Assembly (NCBI GenBank): GCA_030704615.1
Contig: CM060734.1
Span: 56,792,001 to 56,856,000, forward strand
Length of the DNA stretch: 64,000 bases
Direction of reading: 5' to 3'
From: Takakia lepidozioides
Lineage: Eukaryota > Plantae > Bryophyta
Below the pieces are notes generated by a model that was not told the DNA's origin, made no database searches, and was given only the letters and a program-made list of their open reading frames with translations. Positions 52,539 to 64,000 of the stretch are shown here, piece by piece (the stretch's first letter is position 1; every line of letters starts with the position of its first letter). Position numbers and translations under genes: made by a program.

Positions 52539-53057
52539 GAGGACGTGTGCCTAAACCCTTGATTACAACGTTCAGTCCTTTGCTTGGAAGGTGATAGCAA
52601 AATTGGAACTTGGTAATTCTTCACAAGATTCAGATATAAGAATAAAGTGTTGTGCTTGTATGTGGACGGTCGAAGATTCCTAGCCCGGATTATGTTTTGA
52701 AAATTTGGTTTAAAAAATAATGGAGTAAGTTTTCAGACTATGGATGTGAATTTGAACGGTTATAGGATCCACGGTTATAGGCACGCTTTCTTCCAAAAGA
52801 ACAATGTCATTGGTTGAGTATGAAAAAAATTGATTGCTGACGTGGCCCCCACGCGTGCTGGCTGCTAGCGTGGCAGAAGCTCCCGCTGACGTGGATTGAG
52901 CGGATGGCTGACTGGGCATGCACTCATGGTGATGTGGCGTGAGCGTAGGCTCACGCCACGTCATGTACCACAGGCTGAGCTCATGCTACATCAACATTCC
53001 GTGAGCGTAGGCTCACACGCTCACGCCGTAGTGTCGTTGTGGTCATACATGACCTCA

Positions 53058-53500
53058 AACAAAGTTACTACAAAGCATGCACCATTCTAATTAGTTTATG
53101 GTATAGAAGCCTTGCTTCCTGTAGAATTCACACTTCAGGCTACCATGAGAACTGAATGGGGAAGAAGAATGGAACTGGATGATTCAATTAAAGTGACGAA
53201 ACATGAATTGTATTATGCTGAGGAAGTCCGTGCTGGTGCAGTGCTCAGACAACATGACCATAATTCAAATGAAGAGGAAAGACCGATTTGATGAAGGGAA
53301 ACTTAAAACTTTTAAGACATGGGATCTGGTATTGTGGTTGCAGAAGAAGGGGAAGATTAAAGCTTCTAAGCTCAAGTCACCTTGGAAGGGACCTTATGTC
53401 ATACAAAAGATATGTGATAACAACACAACAATGCTACAAACAATGAACAAAGATATGCTTGGTAGAGTCAATGTCAATAAGCTTAAGGGATACACTGGTG
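53058..53500 (+). mobile_element. Ty3/gypsy integrase C-terminal remnant (GPY/F module)
   Basis: KVTTKHAPF*LVYGIEALLPVEF ... KTFKTWDLVLW...KLKSPWKGPYVIQKI...RVNVNKLKGY. Confidence 0.75.
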
Positions 53501-54387
53501 ATAAACCACTACGGCATGATTTGAATTTGCAAATGGAACAGGAGCAGCAAGCTATGGCAGAACCGCCACAGTCTCATGAGGTACTGGTCATGATACCTCA
53601 TGACCATGGAGACATGAAGGAACGCATGGGAATATACTCGGATCAGGATCGCCTAATACTACTTGATGAAGAGATAGGGATGAAGAGATTAAAATAAGAC
53701 ATCCTTGCATTCATGGTTTCGTAGCCATGAAGCGGTGTACGAAGTGATAGATTGCAAAAACAATCATGTACTAGAGAGCTATGGACTTTTAAAGTCGATT
53801 ACTATGGACTACAGACGTTACACATAAAATCTTATGGACTAAAAACACATCTACACTCATATAATGGCACAAACGAAAACATGTTACTTAAACCAACCCA
53901 AATCCACTTTTATATAGACTAGTTACCTTAGGAATTGAGAGCTATGGACTACTTTACACCTTAAAAAACAAATTGTCCATAACATATTATGTTTTGGGTT
54001 CTTGGGGTGTCATCTTTTACCAAAAGGCATACAAACATATATAATCTACAATGGCCAGGTGGTATCTGGACAAGTGGTTGTAAAATTTAAATTTTGACTT
54101 CAGATAAAAATATATAGTAAATAATGTCTTCAATATTTGGGGGTGGGGGGGGGGGACTCTTTACTAAAACTTTTTGGTATACTTATACTATTTTATTTTA
54201 TTTTTAAAATGAACTAACAAAATTAGCTCAAAAATTTTTTTTTTCCATGGACTCAACATCTGCCATTTTTTGTCCGTGGACCCATTCGTGTAAATGCCCG
54301 TCATTTCTATTGGATGATTTGAACTTTGAATGCAACTCTCCTAATTTTATTGTTTGTTCCCACTTTTTGTCAGTTTTGGACTTTAAG

Positions 54388-54586
54388 CTCTACACGATGT
54401 GTTTGAAGTCTATATTTTGTCTTTATCTCATTTTGTGAACATCGACAAATAGAGTCAAAGTTCTTCCATTTATCCAACATCCAGTCCAAAACCTCTACAT
54501 GATGTGTTTGAAGTCTATATTCTGTCATTATCTCACTTCGTGAATATCGACAATAGAGTCAAAGTTCTTCCATTTATCCAACATCC
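54388..54586 (+). repeat. ~105-bp tandem duplication upstream of the aspartic protease
   Basis: CTCTACA(C/T)GATGTGTTTGAAGTCTATATT...CCATTTATCCAACATCC at 54388 and 54493. Confidence 0.85.
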
Positions 54587-54910
54587 GTAGACATTTCTCT
54601 ATGCAAAATATATTATATGACTAATTTGTAATGCTAATAACGTATTGTTGGTGGAATAAAAATGACTTCTGGATTTGATACATGATTTATTTATTCACTT
54701 ATTCTTATTTCTGGACTCATCTCAAGTCCAGAATTAGTTAAAATTGAGTTTTATCTTTTACGTTGGCAACAGTATAATGTCGTCACTCGTGGAAGAAAAT
54801 CCATAAGTGGGGATGATGGCTCCTAGGCTTGGGCATAAGCCTAGTCTACTAAACTATCAAGCTGATTGTCCAAGTATTAGTAGATTTTGGCACCCTTAGC
54901 AAATAGAGCA

Positions 54911-57698
54911 ATGGATTTTCAGTCGTCTGTGCTTTTCATGAGCTGTCTCTTTCTTCTCAAATTACTGCAAGTCAACTCATTGGGCGCCACCAACGACTAT
55001 AGCCATGAGACGAGACACACATTTGTGTTGAACGCTTCAGACGTACCCATACAGTTGAATGAGATCAATGCCACCCAACATGGTTGGTCCCTTGCACTCA
55101 CCCACGTCGACTCGCCCCACTCCCCTTTGAGGCCCGCTCATTGCCACAAAGACGATGAGGCATGCGTGCGTGCGGCTAGAAGGGCTCGGCACTACGCCGC
55201 AGCGTTGGGCCCTTCCATGCGCAATAAGTCTCGTGGTCGGAACCTAGAACAGAATGTGTTCTCTTCGGTCCAGCTTTCACGTTTGAAATACAACCCAAAT
55301 TTAGAGTATTTTACAACCTTTAATGTGGGCAGTAGCCCAGGTAGTGTCTCCCAACTTCTCCTCCTAGACACTGGCAGCGATGTCACTTGGATCCAAGCGT
55401 GGCCATGTGATGTGAGTACACACGTCTCATTCAATATTTTAGAAAGATGCGTCATGTTTGACATGAAGTAGAGAAGAAATATGTTTTCACACCAGTGTAC
55501 ACACTTTTTTCAAAGATCATAAAGACAAATATCCTCGCATTGATTAACATTTTGTTTTGGTTGTGCAGCTTTGTCAACCACAAAACTCAATTCATTATGT
55601 ACCTTTGGACTCGCCTACTTCAAAAAATGTTTTATGCAATGAAATCACATGTGACATGTTAAGGTCAAATGGCGCTTGGCACAGCTGTGATGCAACCTCC
55701 TACAATTGTCAGTACAATATTTCGTATTCCGACAATTCATTCGGCTTCGGTCGGCTTGCTACGGAGGTCATTCAATTGGATAATTTTGACATCACTGGAG
55801 AACAAACCACCATTACAAGTATAAATGTTTGATGACTCTTCTTGTATTGAAATGCTTTTGGACATATGAGTTTTTTAACCATTGTTAGAATGATTAAATT
55901 GATAAGAAAAACAATAGGAATTTTATAAGAACTTAATGTACATGTGCAATTTGACCGTCCTTTCACCGGATTTAGGCAATGTCGGCTCTTCCACCGGTCC
56001 CCTTACAAATCCTCCCCATCCCCCCTTATTAGGAGTTCACTATTAAATACTTTAGAATGCAAGAGATTGGGCTCCTCTTAGTGCGTTGTATACTTAGCCA
56101 AAGTTGGACTTAGTCCAATTGCGAAGCCAAGTGGGAGTTACACTCTTTTCAATGTTACCTGATCATCCCTTTTGTGTAACCCAATTGACCATTATCCCAG
56201 CTTCAGTTCAATGTCACTCTCGAGAGCAGATAGAAAAGATTTGATATGCTAGAAACTGACTTAGTGTCATGTCAATCAATCACACATATGCATTAAGTTC
56301 TTACATTATTCCTAGTATTCTCCACTTGATATATTTGTAATGTTGTTTATTCTGCAGATATTATGATTGGACTAGGGGAAGAACAAACGGTAACGATGAT
56401 GTCAATGGCCGCCGGCATCTTGGGCCTTGGAGGTGGAGGGAAATCTGACTTCTCCATGTCAGACCAAATCGCTCGTAATACACAAGTCGCCAATCAATTC
56501 TCCTATTGTTTGCCACTACCCCAGAGTCCAAACAATGGGTTGTTGCTCTTTGGTGCCGAGTCCGCAGTCGTATGTACGTTCAATTTCTCCTCTTGTGAGG
56601 TTGCTGAATTGTTATAGAGATCATGAATATTATACATAAATTTTTCATTTCCTTTAAGTGTCTATTTGAAACAAGCATCAAACCAATAGATCATGGTCCA
56701 AATAGTACGGGCACCATTCCATCTTTACAAGTGGTCATGGATTCAGATCCACATAGGTGTATGTTGGATATCTCATATTATGGCCAATTAAGCTGCAAAA
56801 GGGGTACCGAATCAACCGGTAGAAACCGTAACGTGGGGGTACGTGGGGTTTTTGGAGTCCTAACTAGGGAAGGGGGTGCAATTGCACTACCTCGGTTTGG
56901 GCCGTTAGAAGACGTCAACCCTCCAAACTGAAGGCAACAGTCACCTGGGTGAAGGGACACCAAAAATTATGCTTGATTTGACAAGAGTTTTTTTTTTAAA
57001 AAAATCTCACAAATATATTACAAGTCACATTTTTGTCATGGAAAGTATGTTAGGATTTTGACTTGTACTCCTTTTATGGCCATAATTATGTTTTGTAACA
57101 TAAAGATGTTATCTTAACAAAATCTTTTGCACAATCCATTGCAGTTCTCGACCCCCAATTTGTGAAAATGCCTCAAAATGGGGTTGACGCCAAATATACA
57201 TACTATGTTCCTCTCACGGAAATTCAAGTGGGTGGCCAAGTAGTTCCTATGCCTTCTGGCATCTTTAACATCGACCAGAATGGTCAAGGAGGTGTGATAA
57301 TCGACAGCGGTTCTCCATACACAATCCTCCCTACAGACGCATATTCGGCATTCAGGGATGCATTTATTGCTAGGGTTCAAGCGATACCCCACGATGGCCA
57401 AACACAATACTATTATTTTGACACGTGTTGGGGTGTGGGACCTAACGAACAATATCCTGACTTTCCGATTGTGACATTTGTGTTTGAGGACGATGAATCA
57501 GTGGTATTTGACTGGGATTTGGATGAAGAGCAAGTTCTGTTTGTTGAGCAATACGATGCATATACAGAAATATGTTTAGCTTTCAACTGCCATAGTGAGG
57601 GACAATTGAGTACTATTGGCGCTTGGCAACAACAAGGGATGGGAGTTGTGTTCGATTTGTCTTTGAACAAAATTGGATTTGCTCCACAAAATTGCTAA
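54911..57698 (+). CDS. Secreted pepsin-like (A1) aspartic protease, nepenthesin/TAXi_N-TAXi_C type, 4 exons
   Basis: Exons 54911-55411, 55569-55818, 56358-56573 and 57145-57698 splice in frame with GT-AG. Hydrophobic N-terminus; LTHVDSPHSP; EYFTTFNVG; catalytic DTGSDVTWIQ and IIDSGS; CQYNISYSD; FSYCLP; terminal IGAWQQQ..VFDL..KIGFAPQNC. Confidence 0.93.
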
Positions 57699-59443
57699 GA
57701 ATATTGGCTAACAAATTTATTGTAGTTCATCTTTTCATTCAATTCCTCAAATAGACATGTCGTAAGTATACAGTCTATTTGACGGATGTTGGAACAACAA
57801 TTGTTTGCTTTTTATTGTTATTTTATTGTTTATTTTTCTATATCATTCGACAACTATAAGAAATAAAAATGGTGTGTTTTATTTAGGGTTTGTACTAATG
57901 TTGAGTGGAGGTTAGATTTTTCCTCAAACCCTTGGCAGATCCCAACTCGATGTGTGTGTGCGTTTGCCGAAGGTCAAAAAAATATAATATCCGCCTCAAT
58001 TAAGATTCGCCAGATATGAAGAGGAGAAAGAACCGCCGTTGGTTAAGAACCGGTCCTAGGATATGGAAATGATGTTGCCCTAAGGTTGGAGCAAGCATGA
58101 AGCCGAGGAGCTGATAAGGGAGCTGAGGTAATTGCGCCAACAAGAGCTACTGGTAAGTAGCCAATGAAGAGGTACTGGTAATCCGCCAACAAGAGCTACA
58201 TGTATCAGAATTTGAGTTGAGTTCTAAATTTTGGGTCCCTAGATTTCTTGTGGCGCCAATTGAATTCTGGTTCCTCCCCATCACCAGGGGACCTTCTATT
58301 GATGGGGGATGGATTGATTCTAGGTAAAGCGCATGTTGGGTGGACAGGAGCCGAGCAAGTCGCCTTTGCCCCAGGACTGAAGAAAATCTTTAATCAACTT
58401 CCTCCCTCGTTGCTTCGAAGTTCTGGAAATAGCTGCACAAACAGATGTGCTTTCTTCCAATCAGTCAACAGATCATGATAAATGTGAAACAATGCTTGTC
58501 TGCCACTGGGGGGTTTCCCCTCATAAACCCAAGCACATCTGATTTTCCAAAGGTTCCACAAAGTGTGGGCCGTAAGAGTGGGCCACACGGGCAATGACTC
58601 TGGGGTTGACCAGACTGGAAGTTAACACTAGAAGGAATTTTGTCTTTTCGAATAGACTGGGTGTCCGAAACCACTCCGGGAACAACTCCGCAGTACACGT
58701 TACTACTGGAGAGTCGCAATGGACCACGCTGTCATTTTAGATGGCGGATAGAAGTTGGGTCAATGATGCCTCCGGAGTCGTGACAATAATACCGGCTATT
58801 TAATTTAATTAAATAAATAAATAAAATTTAAGAAGCGGCAATTACAAGTGGTTTCAAGCACTAGAGAAACGACTCGAAAACCAAAATGCTTATTCCTAAT
58901 AAATTCAGTTTTATATTTTTTTAATTGGGGTGAATATATAGTCGTTTGTACGTTTATACCACTCCTTTAACAACTAGGCATTCATTGCATACCCTATTCA
59001 AAGATGCAATTTCCGTACGTACTCTACGTGGCTCATGACGTGGTATATTTTAATATATTTTAGCTCCTCGTAGACATTAGGGTTTAGTCTATCGTTGGTT
59101 GGCAAGTTGTTTTAATCGTCAGATATAAAAGAATCTAAGGGTTGAGGACTAAGTATACCCTTCGCCAGAATTTGTGTGTTAGGAGAGGGAACGTTGGGGA
59201 GAGGGAGCGCTCGAGATGGAGGCTTTGGAGATATATGAGCAAGTGATGCGGGAAGGACGAAGACCAAATCGTGGCCCATGTCCTCTTGTTGCAAGCGTTT
59301 CTAGCGTCAGGGTCCAAGTACAGAAGTAGAGGTTAGAAGCAAGTATTACAGGGCTGTCTGGGACTTAGCCGAATTCCAGGCTCTGAGGGGTACCCTTAAT
59401 TTTGCGCAGACATGGCTCTGCTGCCTTGGGTCATCACGGGCCT

Positions 59444-59540
59444 ACACAGGCCTTAAGGTGTGGCAGTCACAGGCCCACACAAGCCTTAAGGCACGGCAGT
59501 CGCAGGCCCTCACACAGGCCTCAGGGCACGACAGACATAG
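59444..59540 (+). repeat. Short ~32-bp minisatellite (about 3 copies)
   Basis: CACA(G/A)GCCT(T/C)A(A/G)GG(T/C)(G/A)(T/C)G(G/A)CAG repeated three times. Confidence 0.6.
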
Positions 59541-62500
59541 GCTTGCACGGGCTACAGTAGCACAGGCTACCATAGGTACATGGTACGATGCTGTAACCCT
59601 CATAACTTTTGCGGTCATAGCTCCACACAGGTCCACAGAGGTCACATGATGCTATTACCACATGAGGGGAATGAGAACGTCACCAACTTAGGGAACGACA
59701 TTACAGTTCGTACTGTTATAACTGACGGTTAGAGTAGTAACTATTAGTTAGACGGTTAGGAGCTTGCGGGTAGAAAAGGTAGAATAGCTACGAAGGGAGC
59801 ACCACTTCTTGGGGACATGGACTTGGAGCACATGCAGGAGATTACGTGGAGGAGGAGAGAAACGATGGAGTATAGCTTGATACGTGCAAGCTATAGCTAT
59901 GATACTGTAGTATAGATTTAAAGACACAAAGGCTTTGGCCTAACGTTTAATAGATATAATACAATTCATACTTCATTCACACATTGTGTAGAGAGACCTG
60001 AGAGAAGCTGTGGAATGTATAACTAAGACATAAAGATGGAACACAGCAGATTGCTGAAGCAATATGAAACACAACTCTAAGTAGCAAGGTATCTTAACTA
60101 AACATGAATGCAAGAAGGAATAGAAATAGGAAAGCACCCCCATGATACGCTAGGTGTAGGTCATGACTGACTTTTTGAGTAGGCTGAGTACCTAGAGTTC
60201 TCTAGCTCTTCATCCCTTGAGTATCCTCCATAGATAGCGAAGGAATGGGTGTGTAAAAGCCGCTCAACATTTAGCGACCATACTGGGGAACTGAGTCAAG
60301 AACAACCAGATGGGACATGCATCTGGTGTGATCATGGAGGATGGCAAATTAAAGAATTTGATGTGAATCAAATTCCGTGTGAAACAGAGAAGAAATGGTT
60401 GTCCAAACAATTCTTTCAGACGTTCTTGGAGTTGCCAGACGGTTGTAAGGAAAATATTCTTAAGAGAGTGCACGATGCTGATCCAAATTGAGGTTTAGAG
60501 AAAGGAGTGATAGAGATTCATCAAGTAGCTTGTAAGGGGAGAGCTAGGTGGTTATCAACATTAGTATATGTGATAGCATTGTTATCTGTTAAGCGAGTGG
60601 AGTTTGAAAGCTGGGAGGAATCTAGAGTGAACATTCACACTCATAAGCATGAAGAGCTTGCTTTGGTAAAGAACAGGATCCCCAAGGATATCTTGTGGAT
60701 CAAGCTTATACCAATAACAGCCTATCGGACGTGCTTTGTCTGCCGAAATCTGAGTCTGCTCCAGGTTGAACAAAAATAGCTTTGTGATGACTGTTCAAAC
60801 GACAAGCGTCCTCTTGGACTGACTCCTCAAATTTTCCAAGCCAGTGAGCATCTTCTGGAAGCAACTCTCCTAACGTCTCATCATACTCTTGAGAGCGTTC
60901 AATATCCCTTTCAAACTCCCTCTCTCGTTCTCTCGGGCAAATGTAATCAGGGCCTAGATCATAAAAATTTCAAAATTATAATATTATGGATCATAGCTAT
61001 CTAAGGAGTTGGGCGACCTCTCGTCTCTCGGCAACCAGTTTTCTGCCTCATTCACATCAGCATCATTCCTAGGACTAGAAGAATTCAAATGCACGACAAG
61101 GCTGGGCTCATTAGTGTTGGGCGTCAAAGGAGGTGACACTGGCAAGGCAACAATGTCAACCAGCGCACGATTACCAGGGTACTTAGTGGTAGCAGGATCA
61201 GCGCCGGGCGGCACCGTCAAGATAGGGTTATTGTCAATCAAAAGCACCAAATCAACCTGCACAAACAGACTCTCTCCCTCTCTGCGAGCTACACAACTAG
61301 TGCTACACACTGAAGCCATTCACCTACAACAACGCACAATGAACAAGGTGAGAAAGCAAAAACACAACAACAGGAGACAACGTGGCATGTGTCACCTCCT
61401 CGGTATTTGATTCTCGGATGAAGCCCGACCACATGAGGTTTGTGCGTTTGTAGTGTGTGTGCAAGCCTGGCAGCCCTGGAAAAGGGCAGAGGGCCTAGCA
61501 TGCTGTCAGAGCGGGCAGCAGATGCCAATCTATACGCTACCCGATGCGGCTCCACCACAAAGCGAGCGGGAAGCGAGCATGAGGTATAAATTGCTCCATT
61601 CCTCTCAAGAACTGACGTTTCACAACAAAGGGGCAAACAAAAAGAGACGAGCAATACGCGAGAGGAGGATCAACACAAGGATCTGACACAATCAAACTCT
61701 CATCCACCGCCTATTTCCAAACTTCACATATACACTAACACCCAGTACACCGCCCTGACCTTGTGTTAGGGCGTCGTCTTTATACAAAAAAAACCCTAGC
61801 TTCCATTGCATGCTGTGTGGCGAGGCGTGACAGGCCGAGCCCGCGACACCTTTTCACATCCCTAGATCTAGTGAACGGCCAGGATGTGGCCACTAGCACT
61901 AACTAACCCTGACTACGCTATCATTGTAACGGTTCAACGGCACTTAAGCCGAAAAATTTATACCCATAAATGAGTATCGCCGCTTTGGATGAATAAGGAG
62001 ATTTCTAGGCTGGGAGGGAATGGGCCTTCACAGCTGTAGCGGGCTTTGTGCCGCGATTGCCTAGAAATCAAACACCAGTTTTTGGCGATTGCACTTTATT
62101 ATTTATCTAGGTATATTGTGGCTACTTCAAGAATTTCAGCGTAGCCTGTCTGGCTATTAGTACTGCATTTTGGGCCTGGAGTGGCTAGGTGGTAAAGTCA
62201 CAGCAACAATAGCATGAACACAACAGGCTTAAGGCAGCAGAATTCGAATGTGAACATTGAGACCAAAGTAATTTCCAAGCCAATTGTTGTTTTTCTCACA
62301 TACAAAGTTTGATACTATGAGCATGAGTTTGATCTAAACAAAGAGACTGTTTCCGTCGAAGCCAATGTCTATAGATAAGAGTTACTTCATCTTTCATACA
62401 TGGGCCTTCTCCTAGCTGATGTTAGTTGGACAACATTCCACCAATACACAACTTGCCTCATTTCATTTCATTGAATAAAGTTCCGGTCTTTTTGTTGTGG

Positions 62501-64000
62501 CATGCCTTTTGATTGTTCCTATCAGACCCTACTTGAGGCTGTAAGTAATCTGCGAAAAAAAAGGACCAGAAAAACCAAAATAAAATTTCAGGCCAGGTTT
62601 TCAAGAAATAAGGGTTTCCTAGGTGTGGATTTAGAAGTCAGAATGACACAAAAACGAAGGAAAATTTGATAGATGTGGCACACATTGGTCTCATCATCTT
62701 CGTGTAGGAAAGCTAAATTATTTCTATCAAAAGTCAGCCCAAGGAAGTCGTTCTTGAACATTCCCTGCAATATTAACAACACTTCAACTAAGAGGGGATA
62801 TTGAACTTTCTTGAACCAAAACAATATTGATTGACAAAACTAAAGAAACGATCACTTAGCACTGAGGAAGGGTTTTTCTTACATGTATGGCATACATGTG
62901 GAAAACAATGTATGAGAGATGGTAGCGCCACACACGCTTTGGCAAATCGTCAATTAGGCAGAAAAGCCTGCCACCACAAGGAATAAAACGTGCTCATGCA
63001 AGCACATGAATTCAGAACAGTTGAAACACCAGTCCCTCCACGTAGTATTCATGGCTTAAAAGACAATGTCTAGCGTGGGCCTTTCATGGCAAGAGATTCT
63101 TTGCACGACTAAACCATATACAAATATGCTTGTTATCCAGTATAGAGAGAAATGGTCCTCATGTCCTCTGGATGTTATCAATCTCCAGATGTCTATATAA
63201 CAATCACACCTAACCCTGTAAAACTGTAAACGCTAAGGTACCCTATCTTCATAAGTGGACATATCACCTCGGTGTTGGGGGGACATTATTATGTAGAAGT
63301 GGTCTAAAAAGTGAAATCTGGACTAAAGCCTGATGCTCCTTCAAAAAGGAAAATATACATAATACGAGTATAGAAAGTGCAACATGAACATACCTGAACT
63401 CATGCGCCAACAACGATGCCAATAAGAAGATTGGGAACCACACTTGTGCCAGACGCAAGCTGTTGTGGCTGTTAGGAATTCCCTACGTTTACAACCCGAA
63501 GTTTTCAAGGCTCGTCTTCTTCATCATCGGGCTTGGGAAGCTTTGCACCTACCTCTGTCGATTCGTCTTGAGTCGGGTCTCTGGCAAACGTCCGAGCAGA
63601 AGTGGCTTGGCTATCACTATTACTCGAAGGCTCTGGTGCCTTGCTTTTAAGGGCTCTTCGATTTCACTCGAGAATTTGTCGGTGCAAACCCATGACCGTC
63701 GATCTGGTGGATGGTCTTGTTGGAAACAGTTTGAGTGTACAATCTTTAGACATTTCAGTATTGTCACGGACGTGGGAGGAGAACGACACGACAATAGTGG
63801 GTCTTTGGATCAAGACCGAAGCGGTGTGGGAGTGGCTCGCGTTGGTTGTTTACAGCCAGTACACACGACCTACTCAAGCTTCTTTCGTGCTTTGTTTGGA
63901 CGCCAAAGACTACACGATCACCAAGCCCAAGGCCGCGGCTGATCATCCTAGCGGCTTAAAGGTCACTTCTTTTTGAAGTTTGTCTTCCTTGTTGCATGCT

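Noticed and set aside
53027-53033. Right CACTA TIR (…CGTAGTG)
   Set aside because: Only 6 nt match the left terminus and the TSD does not match.
60984-61410. ORFs on both strands
   Set aside because: No recognisable domain or splice structure.
63463-63976. F-box-associated gene remnant
   Set aside because: Only vague motifs (YVYNP, GSGALLL) across different frames; not supportable.

Overview
Eukaryotic, intron-rich land-plant DNA; gene content and TE types suggest a non-seed plant, which is inference only. Host genes: (1) the 5' part of a multi-exon LRR receptor-like gene on the minus strand (ATG 4297, running off the left edge); (2) a complete, divergently transcribed DNA polymerase theta gene (POLQ/TEBICHI, about 6154-23181); (3) a 4-exon secreted A1 aspartic protease (54911-57698). 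A 915-bp TTAA-flanked piggyBac-like non-autonomous element sits between the first two genes. About 25.8-53.7 kb is a nested TE island. It contains a TTLL12 gene fragment, a dispersed 1.1-kb repeat pair, a Ty3/gypsy 5' half cut inside RT by a CACTA terminus, and retroelement remnants. It also holds two decayed copies of an unusual DNA-transposon module: an array of 28-36-bp palindromes (about 116-bp period in copy 2), a divergent unknown ORF, and a GCM-like Zn domain + Mutator-type DDE + SWIM transposase. Comparing the two copies, the segment carrying the putative catalytic Glu is missing from copy 1 and appears inverted inside copy 2.
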